IMG/VR virus record: IMGVR_UViG_2582581022_000007
Coordinates: 1-48,575 of that record
Reading direction: 5' to 3' (one strand)
Source: a virus
Taxonomy: Duplodnaviria > Heunggongvirae > Uroviricota > Caudoviricetes
Length of the DNA stretch: 48,575 bases
In this document: positions 18,289 through 27,801 of the stretch, one piece after another
Position numbering within the stretch: the first letter of the stretch is position 1
Layout: every line of letters begins with the position of its first letter
The notes under the pieces: model-generated
What the model was told of the DNA's origin: nothing
Databases searched by the model: none
The model's input: only the letters and a program-made list of their open reading frames with translations
Program-made: the position numbers and the translations under genes

Positions 18289-19995
18289 ATGCCGATTTAT
18301 ACAGATGACCCAGGGCAGGGAATAAACCAGCCGCTGTCGAATGCCCCATCAGGGCTTGGTGAATCGCTGCTTTCCTCCCTGAAAGAGGGATTCAAAGAGG
18401 GGCCTGTTGTGTCAGGTTATCGGTTTTCTCAAGCCGACCAACTGGCAAATGACCCAAATTCGACCATCGTCAGTAAATCTGACGCGGAAACACGCCTTAA
18501 AGAGTACGGCGTTAAAAGTATCAATGTGCCTGACGGCGGTGTTACACAAACATTCCTCGACCATGTGATCAGCGAGCGCAGAGAAACTCTGGCGAAGCAG
18601 CAGATCGCCATGTCTGCCCCGTCTGGATGGGTTGCCACTCCGCTTAACTTTGCCGCAAACCTTGCAGGATCAATGGCTGATCCCGGTAACGTGGCTTTGG
18701 CGCTGGTCCCGTTCGGTGGAGAAGCAAAGGCGGCAACTATGCTTGGGCGCTTCGGTGAGCGTCTTTCCACTGGTACTCGGCTTGGCGCTGCTCAGGCCAT
18801 TGCCACCGTACCTCTGACGGCACAGGCAGCAGCGGCAGAAGGAGATGACTTCACATATGGCAACGCGCTGGAGAGCACCTTCTTTAACACCATCGCTGGC
18901 GGGTTGATGCACGCTGGCGGCGGGCTGATATCGGATGTGGTACGCTCCCGCAGGGCTGGTACTGTTGAAAATCCTGCTGCCTCGCAAGACGTTCAGCCTG
19001 TCGCTGATGCGCAGCCAACACCGGTGTTTACGCCTGACAATATACCGGCAGGCGTAAATATTCCTGAGTCCGGCACCAACGCCGATCTGTCAGCGGCAAT
19101 CGCGCGGGATGCGGAAGCGTATGCCTACAGCCGCGCCTATGATGATGTTGTGCCGGAATATATGGTAAGGCAGCAGGAGCTACAGACAGGGAGCATTGAC
19201 AACGTTGCGGATCTGCGAACTGAGTTGGTGACCAACAACAGGCAAAGTGAGGCACTTGACGCAACTCTGGCCCAGCGCACGACCGATTACCAGGCGCAAC
19301 GCATGAAATTCAAAGCAGCACGAGCCAGGGCGCAGCGAGATATTGAGGTTGAGAAAGACGCCATCACCGCGCGTAACCAGGAAATTACGCAACAGATTGA
19401 ACGTAATGCTGCAGCAGAGCAGGCAAAAGGCAGAGAGGCGCAACTGTCCCGCAAAGAGATACCTGACGACTTGGCGCCGTTGATAGCCCAGCGTGCGCAA
19501 CAGATTCGCGAAAGCATGCAGATGTCGCCTGTGGCTGGCGCAGTGCGCACTGCGTCGGCAGCGGTTCGTGAGGCTGACTGGAGCGTTAACCAGCAGGCGT
19601 ATCGAGGCTCACTGGCGCACATGATGGAAGGGCGCTCGCCTGATATTGAGCCATTCTATGATCTGCACAAACCAGCTCTACGCGAGCGTGCTATCCAGCG
19701 CATACAAAATCCGGTGCGGCAGGCTGATGAAGGTTCCCGCGCCGTCAGTGAAAGTGCGGATCGTGTGTGGCAGGATACGCAGAATGTTGACCATGAAATA
19801 ACAGCGGCTACCGCTGATCTGGAAAATGAATTTAATATCAGTGATGCGCTGCTGAACGACATTGCCACTGACAATCCTGACCTGGCTGCGTCGATGCGGG
19901 AGAATATTGCAGCGATCCGTGCAGAGGCCAGTGACGACTCTATCGGAAAAGCGTACCGCGCTTTCGCCGCCTGTCTGATTAACCGGGGGCTGTAA
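18289..19995 (+). CDS. internal virion/ejection protein (putative)
   Basis: 568 aa, abuts SLT-protein gene. Confidence 0.45.
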   Translation: MPIYTDDPGQGINQPLSNAPSGLGESLLSSLKEGFKEGPVVSGYRFSQADQLANDPNSTIVSKSDAETRLKEYGVKSINVPDGGVTQTFLDHVISERRETLAKQQIAMSAPSGWVATPLNFAANLAGSMADPGNVALALVPFGGEAKAATMLGRFGERLSTGTRLGAAQAIATVPLTAQAAAAEGDDFTYGNALESTFFNTIAGGLMHAGGGLISDVVRSRRAGTVENPAASQDVQPVADAQPTPVFTPDNIPAGVNIPESGTNADLSAAIARDAEAYAYSRAYDDVVPEYMVRQQELQTGSIDNVADLRTELVTNNRQSEALDATLAQRTTDYQAQRMKFKAARARAQRDIEVEKDAITARNQEITQQIERNAAAEQAKGREAQLSRKEIPDDLAPLIAQRAQQIRESMQMSPVAGAVRTASAAVREADWSVNQQAYRGSLAHMMEGRSPDIEPFYDLHKPALRERAIQRIQNPVRQADEGSRAVSESADRVWQDTQNVDHEITAATADLENEFNISDALLNDIATDNPDLAASMRENIAAIRAEASDDSIGKAYRAFAACLINRGL

Positions 19996-22541
19996 TGGCT
20001 AACGAATTTCTTACGCAATGCGAAATGACCGTCAATGCAGCTGCCGGGCGCAAGCTGTCTGATGACGAAATGGAATCTTTGGTGCGTGACATGAACGACA
20101 CCACAAACCGGATACTGGCTGGTAATGAAGCACTGACGCTGGAAGAAGCAGCGATGCGCGCCGCGCAGGAGCTTGGTAATCGCGAGCAACTGGCTAAAGT
20201 CATTGAGGCACGGAATAAGGCCATTAATACCCGTATTGCAGCTCAGCGCCTTGGCGAGCTTCGCCGGACTTGGAAAGACCGTCCTGACATCGGTCTGGAG
20301 GCTATTCTTGTCGGACGTAATGACGCGCGCACTGGTTCCCGCCGCTCGGTATCCTCTGAGGTTGCCCAACTGCGCGGTAAGTATCATGCTGGTATCAACT
20401 ATGATTTCGACCAGGCAGGACTGGTTAAATTTATTGCCAGTGGCAGCAATGACCGCGAGATAGCCGACGCCATGTGGCGCATTGGCCGCGGACAGAAAAC
20501 GGACGGTATGACGCCGCAATCAGTCAGTGCCGCTAAGATCATCATGAAGTGGCAGGAAACTGCGCGCGTGGATGAAAACCGTGCTGGTGCCTGGATTGGT
20601 AAGATGCCTGGCTACATCGTCCGGCAGTCGCATGACATACTGAAAATCCGTGCCGCCGGGTATGAATCCTGGCGCAATACCATTCTGCCGCGGCTGGATG
20701 ATGCCACCTTTGACGGGATCACAGACCGAGAAGGGTTCCTGCGTGGTGTCTACGACGGCCTTGCCTCCGGTGTGCACCTTACCTCTGAAAAACCAGACTG
20801 GATGAATGGCTTTAAGGGATCGGCGAATGCGGCCAAACGAGCCAGCCAGGAGCGGGTGTTGCACTTCAAAGACGGTGTTAACTGGCACGAATACAACGAG
20901 CAATTCGGAACTGGCAGCCTGCGTGAGGCAGTATTCGGCGGACTGAACAGCGCGGCGCGCACTACGGGCATGATGCGCGTGCTTGGTACCAACCCGCAGA
21001 ACATGTTCAAGTACCTGACAGACACCATCGCAAAAGACGTGAGCAAGCAGAGCAACCCTTCGGCGCTGGCTGATTTCATGACCAAGGTGCGCCGCCTGAA
21101 TCGCACGGTTATGCCACAGGTTGATGGATCGCTGAATATCCCCGGCAGTGTTGGCTGGGCTAATGCCTCAGCCAACGTGCGCGGCTGGCTGCGTATGAGT
21201 CAGCTTGGAGGAGCGGTCATTTCATCTTTTAACGACGTGCCAATCTCGGCGACAGAAATGCGGTATCAGGGCCAGAACTTCATGCAGGCGCTGACCGGCG
21301 CGATGAAGGGGCGCTTTTCCCGCTACACCAGTGATGAGCAGAAGGAGATCCTTTCATCTATCGGCGTTTACTCCGACACGATGACGCAGGAAATCATCCG
21401 TCGCATGTCTGGCGACGACAGCATGAGCGGCAAGATGGGGCGTGCGCAGCAGCTATTCTTCAAATACAACCTTATGAACTTCTGGACAGAATCCGGGCGT
21501 AACAGCAACGCCATGATGATAACAAACTGGCTGGCGAAGAACGCCGATCAGCAATTTTCTGCACTGCCGGAGGACCTGCGCCGCGTTCTGGACCTGCACG
21601 GCATAGGTGACGCTGAATGGAATATCTACCGCAGCATGGACATGGCAGACAGCGAAGGCCGCAAATTCATGACGACCAGCGGAATTCGTGGCGTTCCGGA
21701 TGAGGTGATAGCCTCATATGTTGAAGGAAAAGGCATGAAGGTCACCGAGCGATCTATTGCCGATGCGAGAGACACGCTGGAAAGCCAACTTCGTGGGTAT
21801 ATTCTTGACCGACTAAACATCGCTATGTCAGAGCCGGGAGATCGTACGCAGGCGTTTATGAAGATGGGCACTGTACCAGGAACAGTAGCTGGGGAGGCAA
21901 TACGTTTCGCTGGTCAGTACAAATCGTTCACTGCGAGTTTCATGCAGAACGTGCTTGGACGTGAGGTATTCGGGCGCGGTTATACTCCCGCTGGCCTGGG
22001 TGAATCAAAAACAGGATCGCTGACGAATGCGCTGCTGCGTAACGGAAAAGGTGCATTCTTGGGGGCGGCAAACCTGTTCGTCTGGGCAACCATGTTTGGC
22101 TATATCTCTATGCAGTCGAAACTATTGCTTAAGGGGCAGACGCCGCGTCCGGCAGATGCCAAGACATTCCTCGCAGCCGCATCTCAGGGCGGCGGCCTAG
22201 GCATCTTGGGCGACTTCATGTTTGGCGAAGTCAATCGCATGGGTGCTGGTCCAGTGACATCATTGATGGGGCCAGCCGCGTCGAACGCTGATAGCATTAT
22301 CACGCTGTTCCAGCAGACAACGCGCGGCGATGCAGACCTGGGTGACTGGTATCGCACCGCGCTGGACAATACGCCTTTCCTTAACGTGTTCTGGCTGCGC
22401 ACAGCAATGAATGGTTTAATATTGAACCGTATACAGGATGCTCTTGACCCTGGATCACTGGAGCGCTATCAGCGCCGTGTTGAACGGGAGCAGGGTAACG
22501 ACTTTCTGATCCCACCATCGCAGTTCATGCTAGGGAAGTAA
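19995..22541 (+). CDS. internal virion/ejection protein (putative)
   Basis: 848 aa; ATGG overlap with previous stop. Confidence 0.45.
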   Translation: MANEFLTQCEMTVNAAAGRKLSDDEMESLVRDMNDTTNRILAGNEALTLEEAAMRAAQELGNREQLAKVIEARNKAINTRIAAQRLGELRRTWKDRPDIGLEAILVGRNDARTGSRRSVSSEVAQLRGKYHAGINYDFDQAGLVKFIASGSNDREIADAMWRIGRGQKTDGMTPQSVSAAKIIMKWQETARVDENRAGAWIGKMPGYIVRQSHDILKIRAAGYESWRNTILPRLDDATFDGITDREGFLRGVYDGLASGVHLTSEKPDWMNGFKGSANAAKRASQERVLHFKDGVNWHEYNEQFGTGSLREAVFGGLNSAARTTGMMRVLGTNPQNMFKYLTDTIAKDVSKQSNPSALADFMTKVRRLNRTVMPQVDGSLNIPGSVGWANASANVRGWLRMSQLGGAVISSFNDVPISATEMRYQGQNFMQALTGAMKGRFSRYTSDEQKEILSSIGVYSDTMTQEIIRRMSGDDSMSGKMGRAQQLFFKYNLMNFWTESGRNSNAMMITNWLAKNADQQFSALPEDLRRVLDLHGIGDAEWNIYRSMDMADSEGRKFMTTSGIRGVPDEVIASYVEGKGMKVTERSIADARDTLESQLRGYILDRLNIAMSEPGDRTQAFMKMGTVPGTVAGEAIRFAGQYKSFTASFMQNVLGREVFGRGYTPAGLGESKTGSLTNALLRNGKGAFLGAANLFVWATMFGYISMQSKLLLKGQTPRPADAKTFLAAASQGGGLGILGDFMFGEVNRMGAGPVTSLMGPAASNADSIITLFQQTTRGDADLGDWYRTALDNTPFLNVFWLRTAMNGLILNRIQDALDPGSLERYQRRVEREQGNDFLIPPSQFMLGK

Positions 22542-22542
22542 T

Positions 22543-22914
22543 ATGAACAGAATTATATTAATGACTCTTCTTATTTTTTTTGTTGGAAAAGCTTCTGCTG
22601 ATACTACATCACCTTTAATGATTCAGCCTAAAAATGGAGAAACATTGGAGGATTCTAAAAAGCATACAATGGAATACTTTGGATGCATAAAAGGGCAGGC
22701 TGTAAAGTATGCCAAGACAGGAGAAAGTGTTGATTCCATATCAAAAGCTTCGGTTGTGTCATGCGAGTCATATATACCAATGATCGCCGAGTCGAATATA
22801 TATTATTTAAACTCTTCGCAAGATGGTAAGCGGCAATTTACAGAAAGGCTAAAATCTGATGGTGAGAGATTAGCCACAAAATTTGCCATGGATGAGAAGA
22901 TTAAAAATAAATAG
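22543..22914 (+). CDS. secreted protein with N-terminal signal peptide (moron)
   Basis: MNRIILMTLLIFFVGKASA signal-like N-terminus; markedly AT-rich relative to flanking structural genes. Confidence 0.55.
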   Translation: MNRIILMTLLIFFVGKASADTTSPLMIQPKNGETLEDSKKHTMEYFGCIKGQAVKYAKTGESVDSISKASVVSCESYIPMIAESNIYYLNSSQDGKRQFTERLKSDGERLATKFAMDEKIKNK

Positions 22915-22922
22915 GTGACCAC

Positions 22923-23219
22923 ATGCAAGCTATTGGTTTCATTGTTTACATAGTTGTTGGTCTTTTTCAGTTGGCTGCGATCATGGCTGGTCTTGAATCG
23001 TGGTGGGGACTGCACTGGATAGTGGCCGCACCCATTGCTTTCATCGTTAGTTATATCCCTTTGGTCGGTTCCATTGTTGGAATGGTTGGCGCTGTCGACG
23101 TATGGCGTTGGGAATGGTGGCAGGCAGGGCTTCTTTTCTTTGGCGGCCTGGTTTTTGCTATTGCGTGCGGGGGGATGTCTTCGTTCTTCGAATGGCTATC
23201 CTTCAGGAAAAGAGCGTGA
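22923..23219 (+). CDS. small inner-membrane protein (moron; possible superinfection-exclusion function)
   Basis: 98 aa, mostly hydrophobic with Trp-rich loops; stop codon embedded in palindrome copy 3. Confidence 0.5.
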   Translation: MQAIGFIVYIVVGLFQLAAIMAGLESWWGLHWIVAAPIAFIVSYIPLVGSIVGMVGAVDVWRWEWWQAGLLFFGGLVFAIACGGMSSFFEWLSFRKRA

Positions 23220-23228
23220 CATGTCACA
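23215..23228. promoter_or_regulatory. GTGACATGTCAC palindrome, copy 3
   Basis: 12-mer at 23216-23227 overlapping TGA stop and abutting terminator. Confidence 0.4.
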
Positions 23229-23256
23229 AAGGCCGCCGAAGCGGCCTTAATTTTTT
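23229..23256 (+). terminator. rho-independent terminator
   Basis: AAGGCCGC-cgaa-GCGGCCTT hairpin followed by AATTTTTT. Confidence 0.7.
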
Positions 23257-23407
23257 AACGCCCGCCAGGACGAGAATCGGCAGAACGACCACCGCAGCGT
23301 GATCCATCCGAAGCCGTATCGCTGTCATGCTGGCAGTTTCCAGCAAAAGCTTGTGTAGCAGAACCCAGAGAAAACAGAACAAACAGCACTGCTAATGCTT
23401 TTTTCAT
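23255..23407 (-). CDS. small secreted peptide (50 aa) with signal peptide
   Basis: Not in ORF track (<60 aa); my translation MKKALAVLFVLFSLGSATQAFA-GNCQHDSDTASDGSRCGGRSADSRPGGR; weak RBS. Confidence 0.3.
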   Translation of the reverse strand: MKKALAVLFVLFSLGSATQAFAGNCQHDSDTASDGSRCGGRSADSRPGGR

Positions 23408-23475
23408 TTCTTATTTCCATGTGTAGGCCAATAAATTATGGCGAAGAATTGTAGCGCGTCCATGCGCTACCGTCA

Positions 23476-24165
23476 TCAGAACTTACCAGCCATGCTGTTG
23501 ATGTACTGCGTATGAGTCTGGATATCGCGCAGGCATTTACTGGCGCCGACAATATAGCTCATCATGGCCGCGAACTCTGCTACAGCACCTTCAACATCAT
23601 GCCCGTCGGAATCCAGTTGGCGCAGCAGGTTCATCATCAAAGAGTGCTCTCTCAAACCAAGAACACCTTCAGGTGAATGGATGTGTTCACGGTAGTTTGG
23701 CTTGAGTGGGGCGCTGTATTCCTGTTTCTCTTCCGTCTTCATCGCTTCCAGAATGGCGGGCATGAAGCTGGCTACAACCTTTTGCGCTTTGTCTGCCGGT
23801 GATAATTCTTCACGAACGTATCGACCAGTGCGGCGGATTTGCGGAAGAACGTCGCCAGTTACCCATTTGCGGAAACGATAGGGGATAGTACCAGGAGTTA
23901 CCGCATCGCGGCAGCGCAGGATCAGAGTGTAGAGGCCGGATTCAGAGATGATGAGGGTATTAGGGTTCCCTCGTTTTCCGTCGGTTAAAGCGACGGTATT
24001 CTTTTCGTCGTCATCCAATTTAAGCAGAGCATCACGGTTGTTTGATATACCAAGAGCATTACATACATCTAACGCAATAAACCATGGCTCGCCGTCGATG
24101 ATGATTGCACGAATATCGGCTTGCGATTCGAAAGAAAAAACTGAAGTATTTTTTTGAGTTGTCAT
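23476..24165 (-). CDS. phage antirepressor (Bro-N/AntA-like N-terminal domain)
   Basis: N-terminal FSFESQADIRAIIIDGEPWFIALDVCNALGI resembles Bro-N/AntA; start set at ATG 24165 with GGTGA RBS. Confidence 0.7.
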   Translation of the reverse strand: MTTQKNTSVFSFESQADIRAIIIDGEPWFIALDVCNALGISNNRDALLKLDDDEKNTVALTDGKRGNPNTLIISESGLYTLILRCRDAVTPGTIPYRFRKWVTGDVLPQIRRTGRYVREELSPADKAQKVVASFMPAILEAMKTEEKQEYSAPLKPNYREHIHSPEGVLGLREHSLMMNLLRQLDSDGHDVEGAVAEFAAMMSYIVGASKCLRDIQTHTQYINSMAGKF

Positions 24166-24323
24166 AGTGATCACCTTTTAGTCTGGTTAATCACCACCGG
24201 AGGTTCCAATCTCGGAGGTGGTGAACTGTGCAGGGTTGGAACTACCGGCTAAAAGGACCCGGCGCACCTTTCGGTGCCCCCACACAGCCCACCATAATGC
24301 GAATGTGGCCGTGCTTAACGCAT

Positions 24324-24343
24324 AAAAAAACCGCTTGCGCGGT
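24324..24343 (-). terminator. rho-independent terminator on minus strand
   Basis: Minus-strand ACCGCGCAAGCGGT hairpin followed by TTTTTTT. Confidence 0.5.
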
Positions 24344-24480
24344 GAATGCGCCTTTTAGTATCCGGGGTTCCAATCCCGGCACTGGATTTTGCCAGTGCCT
24401 GATCACTATGGCACAAGTATTTTGCGTTGTAAATTTACCGTAAAGGTAATAATAAACGCATTATGTAGGTTATTTCAACC

Positions 24481-24741
24481 TTATGTGGTTTGTCTGCGTA
24501 GCTGTTCAACGCAGTAGTCGAGATGCGTTTGCACATCCTTCATGGACAACTGCGAGCTGGTGACATAGTTCACCAGTGCAGTAAGTTCGGCCAGCGGCCC
24601 GTCGACGTTGAATCCGTCTTTATCAAGTTCCCGCAATAAAGTCATAAGGTGCGAGTTCTCCACCAGGGATATAACGCCTCCCGGCGTGTGTACTCTTTCA
24701 TAAAATCCATCTTCCAGTGGGTGGTGATACCGCTGTTGCAT
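24481..24741 (-). CDS. stand-alone paralog of the antirepressor C-terminal domain (86 aa)
   Basis: SLVENSHLMTLLRELDKDGFNVDGPLAELTALVNYVTSSQLSMKDVQTHLDY parallels LGLREHSLMMNLLRQLDSDGHDVEGAVAEFAAMMSYIVGASKCLRDIQTHTQY of 23476..24165; ATG 24741 with GGAGAA RBS. Confidence 0.5.
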   Translation of the reverse strand: MQQRYHHPLEDGFYERVHTPGGVISLVENSHLMTLLRELDKDGFNVDGPLAELTALVNYVTSSQLSMKDVQTHLDYCVEQLRRQTT

Positions 24742-24936
24742 TAACCATTCTCCATACAAACACTGTATATATATACATATATCAGATGAACCACTGTTTC
24801 ACCAGTATGATTTTTAATTACCTGTGAGGTAATAACTTTGTTGATTACATCTCGTGCGATTCATATATGGTTCGTTGGGTAATAGAATAACCAGTAGTGC
24901 GGTGCGCCGGGTGCTGCGACTTTCTGGAGTTTAAAC

Positions 24937-27648
24937 ATGACGGTCTCAACCGAAGTTGACCACAATGACTACACGGGTAACGGGGTCACGACATCATTCC
25001 CATATACCTTCCGAATTTTTCATAATCATGATCTGGTGGTGCAGGTTGTTGACCTGAGCGAAAACATCACTGAATTAACACTGGACACAGATTACACGGT
25101 GACAGGTGCTGGCGGATATACTGGCGGGAATGTTGTTTTATCGTCGCCTCTTGCCAATGGTTATCAGATTTCGATATCCAGAGAGTTACCGGTTACCCAG
25201 GAGACCGATCTCAGAAATCAGGGTAAGTTTTTCGCAGAAGTGCATGAGGATGCTTTTGATAAGTTAACCATGCTGATACAGCAGGCAATTAGTTGGCTGC
25301 GCCTTTCTTTACGTAAGCCGTCTTTTATTGCAAATTATTATGATGCCCTGGGTAACTACATACGAAATCTTCGTGACCCGTCACGACCACAGGATGCAGC
25401 TACAAAAAATTACGTTGACGGGGTTGCTGAAGGTAACATTTCTTATGCAGATTCTCTATTTAAAAGAACCTTAAGAGTTCCTGAGGATTATGTTGACCAG
25501 ATACCATCAAATGCTGATAGATCAAATAAAATACTTGCTTTTGATTCTGGAGGTAAACCGATTGCTGTTTTACCTGAATCTGGTTCTGCTTCAGATGTTT
25601 TAATTGAGCTGGCAAATAACGGTGATAAAAAAATTGGTAGCTCATATGGTGGCACAGTTTATAGCGACTACCAACAATCAATTTTTGTCAAAAAAGGAGA
25701 TTTTTATTCCGGTTTAAGCATATCGGGAAAAGATGATGCCTACCTTTTTTCTGATGGGCTATGGTATGTATGGACTGGCGCATTACCGCACACGATCTTG
25801 TCGGGTGAAACTCCTGATGTAGAAACAACTAAATGGGCTTGTGTAGGCCTGCTTAATGGGCATGAAATTTGTTCTGCTCTTAACTATAGCGATTCATGGG
25901 GCATCCATGATGATTCACCATTACTTCGCAAAGCCATCATTAGTTTAATAAGAACTGGATATGCAAGATTTTGCATTAACGCTGGCGTTACTATTAACCT
26001 TTTTACTGATTGCGAAATTCCGTTCTATCTGGATGGGAGGGCTGTGTCTTTCCGTTTTCATGGAGAAACAGCAATTGGTTCTTTAGGAAGAGTGTCAGAA
26101 CTAGTAGTAGCTCTAGGTATTAGAGGTCTTGTATTCGAGGCTATTCAAGTAGAGATTGACCATTTCACTATGCGTCAGTGGGTTGGTAATGCTGGGCAGT
26201 CTATTGTCAGTTATACATCTGATACAGTTACGCTATCTTTTGACCCATGGCCTGACGGACGCACCCCAGTGATATGGCCTTGGGGAACTACTGCTGGTGA
26301 TGGCACTGTTTACACAAGCTTTTTAGAATTTAAAACTGACAGTGGTGGTTATTACGCATCTGGCGTAACTCGCAACTTAGATGGAACCGTAACACTAACC
26401 AATGTCCATCCTATTGGGCCAACTAATACAATCGCTTCCGCAACGATTGTTAACTTTTTCCAGAGTCATGCTAATAACTATCCAGAAGGAAGTTTCGCAG
26501 ATACGGCAGCAGTAATCACCCTGGGGGTATCAGAAAACCCATTTATTCATAACTTATGGGTGCTTGCTGTCTATCGAGGCTTTGCTCACGGTCTTGGCTC
26601 TGGAGCAGGTCCGGGAGTATTGATGGGAAATATCGGCGTATGGTCTGATATTGTCGTAGACAACGCTTTATACTTTATAGCTAATACTGATGTGAATCCA
26701 TCATCTGGGCAAGGCATCAACAATGGGATGTTCAATAACATTCAGTTATCAAACGTCCGTCGTGGAATAAGAGCACGTAGAGCCTACAATCTTGCATTCA
26801 CAAACCTTCAGCATATTGCTAGCGGTAATGTTTCATTTGATGCTGTTACTATACTGGCAAATGAAATAGAAGGTGTTACTTTAAATGGATCTCAGTTTGG
26901 TTGGACATCTATCGACTGGGTTATAGATACATGGGTTCCTAAACTACTCAAGTGTACCCGATTACGTCGCTCCTCTATTACTGGATGCGTGTTCGGTCGA
27001 CATGATGTAACCATCACAAGAGGTGCCGTAATTGACGTTAAGGACGGCACAATACTAGGTTTAACACTAACTGGTAATTCTATGGTTACAATCGACGAAA
27101 ACTCAGATTCAAGTAACTATGGATGGATTGAGTGTAATGAGCTTAAATCATCAGTTATTTCTGATAACTCCCCTAGTTCAGGTAGTGAGCTTGGTGGAAG
27201 CATTAATCTCTCGCTGAGAACTGCTTCTAATGACTTAACAAAATTTGATAACACATATTTTGGTCAACCAGTCAGAACAAACGCAGAAGCTGGTGTGTTT
27301 GATAATGAACTAGCATCCGGTGGAAATGTTTTTGACAGCACAACTGAATACAGAGACGCAGGTAAAATTTTAATCTTTGTTGATGTAAACAATGCTGCTG
27401 TATGGCCTGATAATTCAAGGAATATCATACCATTCGGCGGAGGATTAACAGGAGGTAAAACACTTGGATTGCCTACCCCAGCAGTACTCCTGTCATTGAA
27501 AAGAAGAAGTGTTCTGGTTGATTTGTCATCTGTGGTTTTTGGTAGCCAGACAATTGGAGTGTATAACGGGGCAACTTTGGTATCAACAATATCAACTCCT
27601 GGTGTTTATGAGTTTCTCCTCGTAGGGGCAAAATACATAAAATTATAA
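24937..27648 (+). CDS. tailspike / tail fiber with conserved podovirus N-terminal anchor and AT-rich variable receptor-binding region
   Basis: N-terminus MTVSTEVDHNDYTGNGVTTSFPYTF is the phage tail-fibre head-binding motif as I recall it; 903 aa; composition drops to AT-rich after ~residue 170; terminator follows. Confidence 0.8.
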   Translation: MTVSTEVDHNDYTGNGVTTSFPYTFRIFHNHDLVVQVVDLSENITELTLDTDYTVTGAGGYTGGNVVLSSPLANGYQISISRELPVTQETDLRNQGKFFAEVHEDAFDKLTMLIQQAISWLRLSLRKPSFIANYYDALGNYIRNLRDPSRPQDAATKNYVDGVAEGNISYADSLFKRTLRVPEDYVDQIPSNADRSNKILAFDSGGKPIAVLPESGSASDVLIELANNGDKKIGSSYGGTVYSDYQQSIFVKKGDFYSGLSISGKDDAYLFSDGLWYVWTGALPHTILSGETPDVETTKWACVGLLNGHEICSALNYSDSWGIHDDSPLLRKAIISLIRTGYARFCINAGVTINLFTDCEIPFYLDGRAVSFRFHGETAIGSLGRVSELVVALGIRGLVFEAIQVEIDHFTMRQWVGNAGQSIVSYTSDTVTLSFDPWPDGRTPVIWPWGTTAGDGTVYTSFLEFKTDSGGYYASGVTRNLDGTVTLTNVHPIGPTNTIASATIVNFFQSHANNYPEGSFADTAAVITLGVSENPFIHNLWVLAVYRGFAHGLGSGAGPGVLMGNIGVWSDIVVDNALYFIANTDVNPSSGQGINNGMFNNIQLSNVRRGIRARRAYNLAFTNLQHIASGNVSFDAVTILANEIEGVTLNGSQFGWTSIDWVIDTWVPKLLKCTRLRRSSITGCVFGRHDVTITRGAVIDVKDGTILGLTLTGNSMVTIDENSDSSNYGWIECNELKSSVISDNSPSSGSELGGSINLSLRTASNDLTKFDNTYFGQPVRTNAEAGVFDNELASGGNVFDSTTEYRDAGKILIFVDVNNAAVWPDNSRNIIPFGGGLTGGKTLGLPTPAVLLSLKRRSVLVDLSSVVFGSQTIGVYNGATLVSTISTPGVYEFLLVGAKYIKL

Positions 27649-27655
27649 GCTTAAC

Positions 27656-27680
27656 AGGCCGGGAAACCGGCCTATTTTTT
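27656..27680 (+). terminator. rho-independent terminator after tailspike
   Basis: AGGCCGG-gaaa-CCGGCCT hairpin + ATTTTTT. Confidence 0.75.
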
Positions 27681-27801
27681 ACTAATTATTTTTTGAAGTT
27701 ACTAAATAGTCACAATGAAAATTTAAACCATATATGGTTTATTGTGTATGATGTGATCACCAACTAATGGGGGTCTTTATGCACAGTAAACGGTGGTCAC
27801 C

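Noticed and set aside
19656-20519. 287-aa minus-strand ORF
   Set aside because: Antisense to the coupled internal-virion genes; Arg/Ala/Ser-rich composition typical of antisense frames in GC-rich coding DNA.
24191-24379. GGTTCCAATC motifs as tRNA T-arms or tRNA fragments marking an att site
   Set aside because: Loop would have C at the conserved purine position and no acceptor/D/anticodon arms can be drawn around them; treated as regulatory hairpins instead.
24228-24443. 71-aa plus-strand ORF in the antirepressor leader region
   Set aside because: Spans terminator and hairpin elements, no RBS; the region is better explained as regulatory RNA or DNA.
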